Source: Candidatus Latescibacterota bacterium
GTDB taxonomy: Bacteria > Latescibacterota > UBA2968 > UBA8231
Direction of reading: 5' to 3'
NCBI GenBank assembly: GCA_965197905.1
Contig: CBDAOB010000003.1
Coordinates: 320,001-384,000 of the forward strand
DNA length: 64,000 nucleotides
The position numbers were made by a program, and so were the translations under genes. The notes beneath the pieces were generated by a model. The model searched no databases. It saw only the letters and a program-made list of their open reading frames with translations, and had not been told where the DNA came from. Below are positions 51,759-62,922 of this stretch, piece by piece; positions within the stretch are counted from its first letter, which is position 1, and every line of letters starts with the position of its first letter.

Positions 51759-51828
51759 GGCTCGTTTCGGCGCGCCGCGATGACTTAGTGTACGGGTGTG
51801 GATATCGCCGATCGCCCGACGGGCTCAC

Positions 51829-52233
51829 TCATTGCTGGCCAGTATTTCTTGGTAGATTTCCATGTTTCGATCTCGTGGCGACAAACCAGTACAGCAAACC
51901 GTTTCCCACCAACGCTGCCGTCCCTAAAGCCAGCTGTATTTCCCGCGTCAAACCAGAGGGATACAACAGAGGGAAGATGTAGTTGCCGACGAAATCGCCC
52001 GAGTACGCACTTGCTCCTGCCATTGTGCGGTATTCGATTTCCAGGGGCGTGAGCGGACAGTTCCAACCCGCAATCTCGACGATGCCCGCCCACAAGACGG
52101 CTGGGATATGCAGCCAGGCGACACGGTGCCAACGCAAGACCAACAAGGCACCTAACGCGACGAAGAGCACAAAGGCGAAATGAACGGAGGCAACCGTGAC
52201 GAAGGCAAGTTGATTGATACAGGCCGCAATCAC
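51829..52233 (-). CDS. DUF2784-type membrane protein
   Basis: VHFAFVLF..LH..W..CPLT.LE..LYP. Confidence 0.8.
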   Translation of the reverse strand: MIAACINQLAFVTVASVHFAFVLFVALGALLVLRWHRVAWLHIPAVLWAGIVEIAGWNCPLTPLEIEYRTMAGASAYSGDFVGNYIFPLLYPSGLTREIQLALGTAALVGNGLLYWFVATRSKHGNLPRNTGQQ

Positions 52234-52318
52234 GGTACAAAAGCCCCTGAAGGTTAGGCGCTATCCCTATGCTGCCCGAATATCCATCGTACTCTGAATT
52301 CACAGCGCCAGGTAGTGC

Positions 52319-53186
52319 TCATGCTCTGCCACCCGGCTCTGGCTCTTCTCCGATATCGGCCAACAGGGCTTTGGCCCGACTATAGACATCTGCCGGCAGA
52401 GGTCCCGCCTTAGCCGCTTCCACGTTTGCCTGCAGGTGATCGAGGTCCGTCGTACCAACTATCGTGGTGTGGCAGGCTGGGTGGGTCAGAGTGAACCGCA
52501 GGACGAATTCATAGCGATCCATTCCCTCCGCAATTCCGTCTAGTTGAGCGCGATCCCACTTGGCCCAGCACTCTTCGCTCCCGCGCCTTCCTTGGGCGAC
52601 CCCCCCCGCGAATCACAACACCCGCTCCATTAACAGCTGCTTGCTGGATCATCTGTTCGTGTGCGCGTTCGAGGGCGGAATAAGGTACCTGAAACGAGTC
52701 GAATGCCCGCGTCTCCGCAAACGTCAAAAGATCCGGGGCCGTGGAAGAGACGCCGATGAAGCGCGTCTTCCCCGCTTGCCGAATTTCCTCGAGGACCTCC
52801 ACCAGCCCGCCTTGTTCAACCTCTTCCACGGAAGGATTGTGCATTTGTAATACATCCACATGATCGGTCATCATCCGGCTGAGGCTCTGGTCGATGTTTT
52901 GACGCAAGCGATCCGCTGTCCACAGATGTCCGGGGTCTAGTCTATCACCGTGTGAGTCGATGTTGCAGCCGCACTTGGTTGCAAGAAAAAATTCGTCGCG
53001 CCGGTGACTGATATACTTACCGATCCGCTCCTCGCTCCGATCGTAATCCGGCGCTGTGTCGATGAAGTTGATCCCGGCGTCTAGAACGGCATTCAGCACT
53101 CGTTCCGCTTGATCGTCACCAACCTCGCCACTGTAGGCCGTACCGAAGCCCAACTGGGTCACCTCGAGCCCCGTCAGACCAAGCAT
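52319..53186 (-). pseudogene. aldo/keto reductase, frameshifted near 52590
   Basis: GINFIDTAPDY..SE..ATKCG..LQMH; frameshift at the C7 run. Confidence 0.8.
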
Positions 53187-53367
53187 TCGTCGCTTCAGAT
53201 TTTCCGGCGTGTTAGCTCTGTCCGTTAAATTTGGCGAGTTAGAGCTGAGCAGTCATGTTCTTGGGAGGGCTTCCACGATCGAAGGGGGGCATTTGCGGGC
53301 TGACATTGGACAAACGAAACCCTCTCCAAAACACCCTCCTAGCGGGGATTAGATCGAGCTGGGATTC

Positions 53368-53970
53368 CTATGACTCATTGTGTACAACCGACTCAGGCAC
53401 CACCGCTTGAAGAGGGCCACTCGCATCCACGATCTGCTGCTCCGGTACTCCATCATCAAGCCGCAAAGAGCTGCCGTGGAACAAGGCTCCTTCGGCAACG
53501 GATAGAGTACGGGTGTGGATATCCCCGAAAAAACGCGCTTGATCATCCAGATGCACTTTGTCTGCACGTAGAGTGCCGTGAACGGTGCCCTGAACAACGA
53601 CAACGGTGCCTTCGAGATCTGCCTGGACCGCACCGGACAGACTTATCGTCAGCGTACCGCTACAAGAAAGTTCACCTCTAAAAACACCATCGATACGGGC
53701 GTTGTTTTCTACCTTCATGACGCCTTCGAGGTGGGTGCCGCGCCCGACGATGGTGTCGAGCGGCTTAGCTTCCAGAGTCACGTCGCGGCCATTTGACCAG
53801 AGGCGAATCCAACGCTGTGGCCCCGCCAAACGGGAGATATTCTGCATAGATAAACTGATCTTCTGAATCTCCGCGGTAGTAACCGGCCCCTGCGTCGCCA
53901 GTTGCTTGTAGAGATTGAGCACCCAGACACCACGGCTTTGAACCGCCCCTCCAAGTCGCGTTGACCTCAA
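53368..53970 (-). CDS. bactofilin (polymer-forming cytoskeletal protein); real start probably ~53781
   Basis: TIVGRGTHLEG..RIDG..G.V.G..LSVAEGALFHG. Confidence 0.75.
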   Translation of the reverse strand: MRSTRLGGAVQSRGVWVLNLYKQLATQGPVTTAEIQKISLSMQNISRLAGPQRWIRLWSNGRDVTLEAKPLDTIVGRGTHLEGVMKVENNARIDGVFRGELSCSGTLTISLSGAVQADLEGTVVVVQGTVHGTLRADKVHLDDQARFFGDIHTRTLSVAEGALFHGSSLRLDDGVPEQQIVDASGPLQAVVPESVVHNES

Positions 53971-54400
53971 GCTACGTTAAAATCTAGCGTCCAACCAATG
54001 AAGTGTCTTTTATGATAATTGTCGCCGACGAGCGGGAGCCCAGCAGAAAAACAAACCCCCGAGCGAGCGCAGCGGAGCGTGCACAGTCAGCAGTTCACTT
54101 CAGTTTCCGTGTGTTCGCTTCCGTTCCAATTAGAGGATAACTAGATAAAAGCGAATTCGGTTTGGCAGGATATTCTATATCCTGAATATTAATAACGTAT
54201 TAGAGCGCCCGGCCCTCTCAGTCGAACCAGTAGGAGGCTCTAGCGCCGGTCCAACGCTTGCCGGAACCTTCGCGAGCGGTCCCTCGAGAACGAAAAAACG
54301 GGTGCCGTCACTACTGACGATCCCCGTCTTTTGCACCGCGTTTTCGAACCTAACTAGCTCCTACGCACTATTCCTGTCAATATGGACATTTCGCGCAGCA

Positions 54401-54760
54401 TTAGGGTGCCTGTAGCATAGCCTTGAATCTCTTTCGCTGCTCTGCAACCTCCTGACCCACCAGGTACCTCAAACGGGGCTCCGTGAGACGGGAGATCCTC
54501 CCGTCGTCATCTTCGAGGGCAAGGGCTGCCGACTGGACCTCGGCGTCGAGAGCCAGCAACCGGAGGTAGGCGGTAATGGTGGTGCGGGGAATGCCCAAGC
54601 GGCGGGACAGGTCTCCCTGGGAGTCTGCCTGCCCGGAGTCCAATAGCTCCTGGAAACAGTGGGCCCGCTTGATAGGGTTGGGGTGCTTGGCTATCTTCAA
54701 ACAGTGCGGTTTCCGCCCTTTCTGGCCGATTCGGATGTAGGGCGTGTTGGCCATATGTCC
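54401..54760 (-). CDS. small HTH protein adjacent to a recombinase remnant
   Basis: SQGDLSRRLGIPRTTITAYLRLL. Confidence 0.55.
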   Translation of the reverse strand, partial: GHMANTPYIRIGQKGRKPHCLKIAKHPNPIKRAHCFQELLDSGQADSQGDLSRRLGIPRTTITAYLRLLALDAEVQSAALALEDDDGRISRLTEPRLRYLVGQEVAEQRKRFKAMLQAP

Positions 54761-55110
54761 TTGATAAATATGGAACTTGTCCCAGACTAGGCCAATGTTC
54801 GATGAATCCGACGTCTGGGCTACCAGTTGATGCAACCCGCTGAACCTTGGATACTGCCTCCTGCCGTTCATCAAAGAGAGCGAGCTTGATCTCGTCGGGG
54901 GTCCAGACGAGCTGATTGATGCGGAGCCGAAGTTGCTCCCTGCGCTCTTCTGGCGTCGCCACGACGTAGAGATCGCGAAAGGTCGTGAGCGATTCGCACA
55001 GCGAGTCAGTGCTCACGACCTTCTTTTTTGCCGTCCCGGGGTCAACATCATAACCCAGGTTTTGACCACCGTTGTTCAGTTTCTCGCTCCGCTCTGCCAT
55101 TGCATTTTCT
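54760..55110 (-). pseudogene. large serine recombinase fragments
   Basis: NGGQNLGYDVD and coiled-coil/C-terminal ATPEERREQLRLRINQLVW; low certainty. Confidence 0.45.
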
Positions 55111-55127
55111 GGAAATCGAGGAAGCCC

Positions 55128-55345
55128 AAATCCGCCGCCGATTTCGCTGGGGATCACCTTGACCTTCGACACCGGCACTTGCAGTACCGCCGAAACCTGA
55201 GCGCGGATATCGAAGGAGCCCTGATTACTGACCCAGACGGAGACGGAGCCTTCATCGCGCCCGTGAACGTGGTGTTGTGAGGTTCGATGTAGCCTTGGTG
55301 GATTGTCGCGGTGCGAAATTCGCGCTCCACCACTACATCTGCCCA
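55128..55345 (-). pseudogene. xanthine dehydrogenase-family molybdopterin subunit fragment
   Basis: ADVVVEREFRT..HQGYIEPH; KVKVIPSEIGGGFG. Confidence 0.8.
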
Positions 55346-55552
55346 AGGCAACGCCAGCAGCCTTTGGGCAAACCAGTCAACATGAATCTAAAGCAGCAAG
55401 AAAAGACCAGCTGTTCTACCCCCCGCAAATGGCCAGTGACGCCAGCACGGAAATGGTCCGCGAGATCGGTTCGAAAATTTGTGTAAGGGAGAGGAATTGT
55501 TGACGGCGTAGCTTACATCAGGCGGTACTGCCCCCACTGAGAATGCGGACGA

Positions 55553-56287
55553 TCATGGCCCGCCTCCTGGGGCTGGTGGTGTTTGGTCTCGCTCTAACTC
55601 CCGCTTCACGGCCTCCAGCTTATCCTCAATAGCCTGGCCGGCTCCGAGCTCGTCTAGTCCTCGCTGTACAGCATCGGTCCTAGGCTGGCTCAGATCCTCC
55701 AGGGTACCGGCCTCTACCAACTCGTCAATGGCAGATGCCCGGGCATGCATCTCTTCCGTCTTCTGCCGCGTGCGCTCCAGGCTCAGGCTCAGATCACTTA
55801 GCTCCCCGGACAAACCGCTGAGAGCTTCGCTGATGAGAACCTGCGCCTCGCTAGCCGCGTAACGTGCAGAGATAGTTTCCTGGCGGCTGCGGAGGGTCTC
55901 CATCTTCGCGGCTAGGCGTTGCTCCCCCACGGTGAGCACCTTCTCCTCCTGCTCCAAACCCGTGATCTGCCGGTCTAGGGCCTGGCACTCCAGATGGATA
56001 GTCTGGAAGGACCATAGGACTTGGCGAGCCAGATCTTCCCGTCCCTCCAATAGGTGGCGGCGAGCCTGGTCGTCCCACTCGGTAAGCTTCCCCTGCATCT
56101 GCTGGGCCTGGAGCTGGAGCCGCTGCTTGGACATCTCTATTTGCACGATCCCCTGCCTCATTCTCGCTAGAAGCTCTGCCTCCCGCTCTAGGGGAGAAAC
56201 CCGTCTCTGCCGAGGGTCTTCAGCCGGCGCGAGAAGAGCCTTGGTCAGGCTCCTGATTAAGCTCGCAAGCCGTCGAAGCAGGCTCAC
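55553..56287 (-). CDS. pspA: PspA/IM30 family protein
   Basis: Amphipathic N-terminus, AEDP, GREDLAR, ARASAIDEL. Confidence 0.85.
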   Translation of the reverse strand: MSLLRRLASLIRSLTKALLAPAEDPRQRRVSPLEREAELLARMRQGIVQIEMSKQRLQLQAQQMQGKLTEWDDQARRHLLEGREDLARQVLWSFQTIHLECQALDRQITGLEQEEKVLTVGEQRLAAKMETLRSRQETISARYAASEAQVLISEALSGLSGELSDLSLSLERTRQKTEEMHARASAIDELVEAGTLEDLSQPRTDAVQRGLDELGAGQAIEDKLEAVKRELERDQTPPAPGGGP

Positions 56288-56323
56288 AATCCACTCTCCC
56301 TGTTTCAGCCCGGGGGTCCTAGG

Positions 56324-56947
56324 CTAACCGCCAGAGCTTGATTCCCCTAGCTCGTTCAGCAGCGCTCCCTGCGCCTCCTGCGCGCCGCGCCGCGCTTCGC
56401 GCTGGATGCGCCAGTACATGGTTCCCACCATCCCAGTAGCAACAAGAGTCACTAGACGGATCACGACGGTGGGGGCTCCACCCTCCGCTCCGAGACCCGC
56501 GAAAAGGCAAATCCCAACATAGACGATACAGGTCAAGGAGATTCCTATGGCAGTAATCGACCTGGCGAACACCAGCGCGAAGGCCAGCAAAACCGGGTAG
56601 TAAAAGATGTAGAAAGGATTGTCTAATCCGAACTGTCCCCGTGGCAGACCAAGAGAGATTACCACCGAAATAACTAGCAAATCCAAGACACTGGAAAACC
56701 AGATTAACGCCCTCCCTGCCGGCCGCTCCATCATGTAGCGACCGTGGAGGTAAAAGTTCAGGGCTATTAAAGCTATGATGGGGAGAATCTTGAGTTGGAT
56801 GTCTCTCACGTCCTGAGCCCCCCACAGAGTCAGCAGCAGCACACCCGCGATAAGGAACCAACGCGCCCCGATAATGTTGATTTGACCGTAAAAGATGTCC
56901 TCGATTTGCTCGTCGGCAGAGGTGCGCACGTCCAATCGATACGACAT
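56324..56947 (-). CDS. multi-pass membrane protein
   Basis: ARW..NFYLH..DLLVIS..FYYP..FALVF; paralog of 57084..57641. Confidence 0.75.
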   Translation of the reverse strand: MSYRLDVRTSADEQIEDIFYGQINIIGARWFLIAGVLLLTLWGAQDVRDIQLKILPIIALIALNFYLHGRYMMERPAGRALIWFSSVLDLLVISVVISLGLPRGQFGLDNPFYIFYYPVLLAFALVFARSITAIGISLTCIVYVGICLFAGLGAEGGAPTVVIRLVTLVATGMVGTMYWRIQREARRGAQEAQGALLNELGESSSGG

Positions 56948-57083
56948 TGCTCACTCTCCTTTCGATGGACAGTCAGTAGGCCGTGCGCGCGGATGTTCAG
57001 GAGAAGTGCTAATGGAGCAGCTCCATTCCGCCGCTGCGCCGGTTCCTGCAAGAGGGACGGGGCACATCGTTTCAGTTCCTCCA

Positions 57084-57641
57084 TTAAGGCTTTGACGGGA
57101 AGAGTGCTTCAAGGCGTCGCCTTTCGACAACTCGATACCAGTATCCCAAATATGAAACGGCGACAATCACGAGCAACCGCGTGACGAGGATTTGCTGATT
57201 TAACTCGCTGTTGATAAGCTCGGGCATGGAAATAAGGCCGTATACTGCTATGAGCCCGGCCGTAAGAAGCAGGCCTATTGGGGCCGGGAACACCAGCGAA
57301 TAGGCCAGAACAGCGGGATAATAGAAGACGAAAGTATCTGCAGTAAAGCCCGCCCCTTCCCCTGTGATAACAATCAGCGAGATCACCACAAGGTCTGCGA
57401 GACTCATCCCGTAAGCCAATCTGCGGGCAATGGGCCGGTCTCTGAGGATCTGTACGTGCAAGAAAAAGTTCACTACTGCTAGGGCTAGCACCACCAAGAT
57501 GCCAATCGTGAACCCCCGCAAGTCACCCGGACGCCATATCAGCAGCAAGAGCCCCATTAGGACCAGCGCCCATCGGGCAGTCACGATGACAATCTGGCCG
57601 TACCGCAGTTCCTCAGCCCTCGTCTCCTCTTCTTCTTTCAT
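57084..57641 (-). CDS. multi-pass membrane protein
   Basis: ARW..NFFLH..DLVVIS..FYYP..YSLVF. Confidence 0.75.
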   Translation of the reverse strand: MKEEEETRAEELRYGQIVIVTARWALVLMGLLLLIWRPGDLRGFTIGILVVLALAVVNFFLHVQILRDRPIARRLAYGMSLADLVVISLIVITGEGAGFTADTFVFYYPAVLAYSLVFPAPIGLLLTAGLIAVYGLISMPELINSELNQQILVTRLLVIVAVSYLGYWYRVVERRRLEALFPSKP

Positions 57642-57776
57642 TCTCTGAGGATGCCCCCGCCCATGTTCCTATTCCCTCCGAGTAAGAAATCGTGACAGAT
57701 CGTCCGAACGTCGTCAAGATCTATTAGAGACGGCGTTCCTCCAACAAGGTGAAAGCGACCAAGCGCTGTTTCTCTA

Positions 57777-59114
57777 TCAGGTTTCCGCCGCCAGGTAGCG
57801 TTCTTTGAGCACGTCGAGCTCTTTTATGATGTCAGAGCGCTCATCAGCAAGTCGCCTCATGTGGTGCCGGCGTCTGCGGTCACCCCAAAGGGCACCCTCC
57901 CAAAGCGACAATCTCTGCAGGATCTGTTCATCGTACGCGAGGGTAAGAAGACCGCTTAACGGCAGTGAAACACCGTAATACACCGCACTCATGGCACCGA
58001 CGAGCGCCCCCGCCGCTCCCGCGAGAATGATGTACCACAGCGCGAACAAGCCAGCCCCGGTCGTCATCTTGACCGTCGCGATCATCTCCGGCTCCTGTCG
58101 ATACGGGCGCGAGAGAAGGCGTGGAATATAGTACGGCAGAGCGTTGTGGATGAACCCGTAAAGAGCCAATGGCGACAGCAGCACAGCGAGCAACAGGCGC
58201 AGCGGCTGCAAGGGCGCTCTCGGCGTCGACAAGGAATCACGGCGCAGGCCCAAGCGTCTGAGCTTGCGGTGGTGCGCGCGCAGCATTCTGGCAAACGACC
58301 GCACCAGTTCGGGTTCGGTCTCCGAGAAATGCTCCACACCGCGGATGATTTCCTGTTCCGCACGTAATCTTCTGCTCAACTCCTCTGATTCGGGCAGCTG
58401 CGCCATCACCTCGTCGGCATAGATGGCAGACAGATCTCTGATGGTCGTTTCGAGGTCGGTGTGCTCGACGTGTGGCGTGAGGACAGACAGGCGCTCGTGA
58501 ATGAGCCTGGTCAACTCCTGCTCGGAGGCGCGACGGCTCTCCTGGGTCGTCTTCATGAACGGATGCACCGCGATCGCATCGCCGAAATGGACGTCGACGT
58601 CACTGCGAAAAACACCGGGGTCCGAGTAGGTCAGGCCGATCGGGATGATTTGCACGCCGGCCCCACCCTCCAGCTCCGATTGAGCCCTGAGGGCGATGCG
58701 GGCGAGACCCGGTTCCAGTTCGTGGACGCGCATCTGCGCATGGCTCAAGCCCTCGGGGAAGATCGCCAGTGCCCCGCCCCCGCGCAGCACCTGATGGGCG
58801 GAGCGCAGCATGTCACGATTGGCGGACATCCGAGAGCCCCCATCTCGAGCGCGGGCGACGGCGATCACTCCGAGCTGGCGCAGAAACCAGGCGAACAGGG
58901 GGTACTTGAAAAGCGTACCCTTGCCGAGAAAGTGGGGGACCTTGCCAGGAGTTTTGAAGCCGACAATGAGGGGATCCATCATCACGTTGGGGTGATTGGC
59001 CACGAAGATCAGGGGTACGCCCGCCGGGACTTTATCCCGACCTCTGACGTCGATGTCCCGGAAGAACACCCACAGGGCCAAGCGGATGACAGGATGCACT
59101 ATATGCGCCAGCAT
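57777..59114 (-). CDS. phospholipid/glycerol acyltransferase family protein
   Basis: ANHPNVMMD, FLGKGTLF, IFPEG. Confidence 0.85.
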   Translation of the reverse strand: MLAHIVHPVIRLALWVFFRDIDVRGRDKVPAGVPLIFVANHPNVMMDPLIVGFKTPGKVPHFLGKGTLFKYPLFAWFLRQLGVIAVARARDGGSRMSANRDMLRSAHQVLRGGGALAIFPEGLSHAQMRVHELEPGLARIALRAQSELEGGAGVQIIPIGLTYSDPGVFRSDVDVHFGDAIAVHPFMKTTQESRRASEQELTRLIHERLSVLTPHVEHTDLETTIRDLSAIYADEVMAQLPESEELSRRLRAEQEIIRGVEHFSETEPELVRSFARMLRAHHRKLRRLGLRRDSLSTPRAPLQPLRLLLAVLLSPLALYGFIHNALPYYIPRLLSRPYRQEPEMIATVKMTTGAGLFALWYIILAGAAGALVGAMSAVYYGVSLPLSGLLTLAYDEQILQRLSLWEGALWGDRRRRHHMRRLADERSDIIKELDVLKERYLAAET

Positions 59115-59175
59115 GTGTCAATCCCGCGCGTGAGCCTGGTGATTCGCTCTGAGCACCGAGTCATGTTAAACTCGC

Positions 59176-60534
59176 TCATCCTTCGGGGTTCTCAAAACTC
59201 CAGCGCAGCCGCGATGCCCGGGCTTCTTCCACATTCACCCTGGCCAGCAGCCCAGCACCCGCGACGAGGAGGATGACGATGGACAGAATGGCGTATCGGC
59301 CCGAGCCCGTAGCGACGCTGACGATTCCGTAAATGAAAGGCCCCCAGATTGCGGAAAATTTGGAGAAAACGGAGTAGAAGCCGTAGAACTCGGCGGAAGC
59401 CGCCTCCGGTATCATCGAGCCGTACAGACTGCGGCTCAACGACTGAGTGCCTCCCAGTACCAAGCCCACGAAGGCTCCCAGAGCAAGAAACCGGATGGCG
59501 GCTCCTTCCGGCAGGAAGAAGGCATTGACGATGGTCAGGCTCCACAAGCCGAGTGACACCAACACCGCCCGCTGGGTGCCGACGCGTTCTGCCAAAGCGC
59601 CAAAGACGAACGCGCCCACGAAGGCGACGATCTGGATTACCAGCATGGCCGCCATGATGACCCACAACTTGAGCTTCAAGGTGTCGGTGGCGAAGGATGC
59701 GGACATCGCGATCACCGTCTGCACACCGTCGTTGTAGATCATGTAGGCGAGCAGAAACAGGGTCAGCTGCCGGAAGCCCACGAGCTTGCGCGCCGTATCC
59801 CAAGTGCGGCCAAAACCCATACGGACGTAGGCGATGAGCCGTAGCCGGGTGCGGTAGGCCGCCTGCAATGCCTGGCGGTCCCCCGTTTCCCGCAGCCGCG
59901 TGAACGCGACCGTGGAGAACGCGAACCACCACACGCCGACCATGGCGAGGGACAGCTGGACGGCGGATTCCTCCGAGATTCCGAAGTGAGCGTGCAGTTG
60001 GACCAAGATCAGGGACAGGGCGAACTGCAGCCCACCGCCGAGATAGCCGAAGGCATACCCTCTTGCGGAGACGCGGTCGATCGTGTCGGGAGTGGAGATG
60101 TCGGGGAGGAAACCGTCGTAGAAGACGTTGGCACCGACAAACCCCATCTGCGAGATCAGAAAAAGCACCATGGTCAGTATGACGTCGCCGCTGCCCACGA
60201 AACACAGCAACGTCGCGAACAGCGACCCGCCGTAGGCGAAGACGCGCAGGAAGCGTTTCTTGGAAGCCGTGAAATCGGCGATCGCGCCGAGCATCGGCGT
60301 TAGCAAGAACACGAAAAAAGCGGCGAAACTCACCAGAAAAGCCCAAAGTTCCTGCCCCTCCCAGAAACGGCCCCAGAGTGGGTAACCTCCCTCCGGGACG
60401 ATCGAACCGGAGAACACGGCGGGCAAAACAGCGGCCACGGTGGTCGTGGCGTACGCCGAGTTGGCCCAGTCGTACATCCCCCACCCAAAAATGGTCCGCC
60501 GGTCGTTTTTCAGTTTCGGCTTCGAATCGATCAC
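59176..60534 (-). CDS. MFS transporter (UMF1/Atg22-like)
   Basis: YDWANSAY, GYAFGYLGG, QSLSRSLY. Confidence 0.85.
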   Translation of the reverse strand: MIDSKPKLKNDRRTIFGWGMYDWANSAYATTTVAAVLPAVFSGSIVPEGGYPLWGRFWEGQELWAFLVSFAAFFVFLLTPMLGAIADFTASKKRFLRVFAYGGSLFATLLCFVGSGDVILTMVLFLISQMGFVGANVFYDGFLPDISTPDTIDRVSARGYAFGYLGGGLQFALSLILVQLHAHFGISEESAVQLSLAMVGVWWFAFSTVAFTRLRETGDRQALQAAYRTRLRLIAYVRMGFGRTWDTARKLVGFRQLTLFLLAYMIYNDGVQTVIAMSASFATDTLKLKLWVIMAAMLVIQIVAFVGAFVFGALAERVGTQRAVLVSLGLWSLTIVNAFFLPEGAAIRFLALGAFVGLVLGGTQSLSRSLYGSMIPEAASAEFYGFYSVFSKFSAIWGPFIYGIVSVATGSGRYAILSIVILLVAGAGLLARVNVEEARASRLRWSFENPEG

Positions 60535-62116
60535 AATACACCATTCTGATCAGCGACCAGCTCTTCAGCAAGCTGTTCCAGCTTTTTCAGATCGCGTTTG
60601 CCCGTGCCGAGAATTGGGAGCTCGTTCACCTTGTAGGCATCGCGCTCTTTGGGTTTGAACAGCGCTGGAAGATCCCTGGCTCGGTTAAAAAGCTCACGCG
60701 GAGCACATGGAAGGCTTGTGTAGATCAGTAGAAGCCTTTCTCCCTTTGCCTTGTCGGAGACCTTGGCGACCGCCAATTCATGGTCGTGATCTGCTCCAGC
60801 GATCTCCTGAAGTGCCTCCATGAGTTTTTCCTCGACCAAATCCATCGGCACCATTTCTCCACCAATCTTGGCGAAACGAGCCAGTCGTCCGGTGATGAAG
60901 ATGAAGCCGTCGTTGTCCACATGTCCGATATCACCGGTGTTGTAGCCACCGTGCAGGAAAATTTCATCGGTCAGATCATCTCGCCCGAGATATCCGAGCA
61001 TTCTGGCTGGTGAGCGTACCAGGAGCAGACCGGTCTCTCCCGGAGGGAGAATGTCTTCGGTGTCCGGGTCAATGGTCACGACTTCGATGCCTGGGAGGGG
61101 TCGACCTACAGAGCCAGGCTTGCTCCCCGTCTTGGGTAGCCGTCAACACGATAGTCCGGCCGGTTCCCAGAGATTGCAGGAGCGAGTTCGGTGCAGCCAT
61201 AGGCCTCGAAAAGCTCGGTATCGTATTTCTCTCTGAAGGATGTGCGAAGGTCCTCCGGACACTTCTCCGCGCCAACAACGATAAAACGAAGTGAAGCGAA
61301 TTGCTCTTTACTAACTCGCCGCATGTAACTGCGGACGAATGTGGGCGTCCCGATGAGTAGGGTGGGTTTGTGTTGATCGGCAAGCCTGCCGATGGCTCCT
61401 CCGTCGAACGGATCCGGATGTGCCGCCAGGCCGAGCCCGCAAACCAGGGGCAGCCACATGCCGGCCGAGACACCGAACGAGTGGAAGAGGGGGAGGGGAG
61501 AAAGAAGCCCGTCGACGTTCTCTTCCAATTCAAAATGCGCCCGGACGCCGGTGAGATTGGCCAGGATTTGTCGATGGGTCAGCTGCACACCCTTTGGGTC
61601 ACCGGTAGATCCGGAACTGAAGACCAAGCAGGCGACGTCATCTGGATTGGCATCTGCCAAACTTGTAGCCGGCACGAGCAAGACCTTGAGCATGTTGAGG
61701 ACCACGCTGAACTTCGAGATCCTCGGGATCAATTCCTGCACATCCACCCAGCGGACACCTAGCTCAGGTTTGCCGATTTTGGCCGTGTATTTCTCGGCGG
61801 TAATTATCGTCTGCACGTCTGCCAATTTACACATGCGTTTGAGGCCACTGTCTCCGACGGTATGATTCAAGTTGACCGCCGTGCGTCCCATAAGAGCAAG
61901 TGTGAGGTTGACGATGGAACCACCTTTTCCAGGCGGCAACAAAATGCCGACGTTCTTCTCATTCTCAGCAAGCCCGAGATGACGGCGCAACGCCAAGGCG
62001 GCACCTGCTAACTTGATGCGACTCATGTTTCCTGATATATCGCAGACCGCAGTGGCGCCAGGATGTCTGCGCGCCATCTGCAAGGTTGCACTTGCAAGGT
62101 TACGCCGGTCATTCAT
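60531..62116 (-). pseudogene. Aas-like acyl-ACP synthetase (AMP-binding), frameshifted near 61130
   Basis: FSSGSTGDPKGV, YGCTE, TGD, GRLARFAKIGGEMV, GTGK. Confidence 0.85.
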
Positions 62117-62213
62117 GGTGTTTTCAGCACGATTCGATAACTAGGTTGGAGCATCATTTCCATCTTTGTTTTCGTGAACTTCGAACAAATCACGGGCTCG
62201 CTATGGTAATTCC

Positions 62214-62570
62214 TTACAGTGCGTAATGTCCGAGCCCCGCCATGATGGGAGCTGTGACTCGAGCTACGATCCCGCTCAGGCAGTAGAGGGCGATGGCGGT
62301 GAAACCTCCCACCGCCGCGCAGTAGACGAGGGAGCTCCCATCCCGCGAGCGCAGCCATTCGCCAATCCCGAAGCCCGTCATCGCCTGTCCCGAGATTCGC
62401 AGGTGACGGTTTGCGCGAAACCCCCTGGTAGCGACGATCCCGGTGCCGATCAGCACCGCCAACGGTCCCGGGTAGTGGAAAGGGACGACGAAATAGGCCA
62501 TACCGAGAAAGAGTGTGGCTCCCCCGAGGAGTACCACCCATCTGAACTGAGCAAGCGTCTGGCGGTCCAT
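62214..62570 (-). CDS. small membrane protein
   Basis: AAGGAG RBS; hydrophobic segments. Confidence 0.6.
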   Translation of the reverse strand: MDRQTLAQFRWVVLLGGATLFLGMAYFVVPFHYPGPLAVLIGTGIVATRGFRANRHLRISGQAMTGFGIGEWLRSRDGSSLVYCAAVGGFTAIALYCLSGIVARVTAPIMAGLGHYAL

Positions 62571-62686
62571 CGCGAATCTCCTTGTTTTGGGTGCTGGCGT
62601 TCGATTTCAGGTCATGTAGTGGTGAGAGCCGGTGGGTTGGTAAGACGATCGCCTGCCAGCGCCTCAACCACTTGCAATGCTCCCAT

Positions 62687-62702
62687 TGCAACCTCGGTGC
62701 CA
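62687..62702 (-). promoter_or_regulatory. sigma54 -24/-12 promoter
   Basis: TGGCACCGAGGTTGCA (GG-N10-GC). Confidence 0.75.
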
Positions 62703-62818
62703 TGAAACAAAAAAGCCACGTGAACTATGTAGTCCAAGTGGCTGTTCGTAAAAGCTTTATGTGTATTTTCGAACCCGAGTACGAGCCGTGGATCGCGGCA
62801 GGATCAATCAGCGTCGAA

Positions 62819-62922
62819 TCGATATATCGACGTCTCACATCCTCATTTTTGTCATAACATAGTGATATTTTTAAGTTTAAGTTAGCCCGTCGATATACCG
62901 ACGTACGTTCAGTATATGGATG
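62819..62922. promoter_or_regulatory. putative activator binding sites (UAS)
   Basis: Palindromes TCGATATATCGA (62819-62830) and CGTCGATATACCGACG (62888-62903) about 120-200 bp upstream of the sigma54 promoter. Confidence 0.55.

Noticed and set aside
54290..54360. Possible tRNA fragment or attachment site (GGTTCGAA on the minus strand) beside the recombinase remnant
   Set aside because: No cloverleaf or CCA end could be built; the adjacent hairpin looks like a terminator.
59192..60571. 459-aa alternative-frame ORF overlapping the MFS gene
   Set aside because: Arg/Gly-rich shadow frame typical of high-GC coding DNA.
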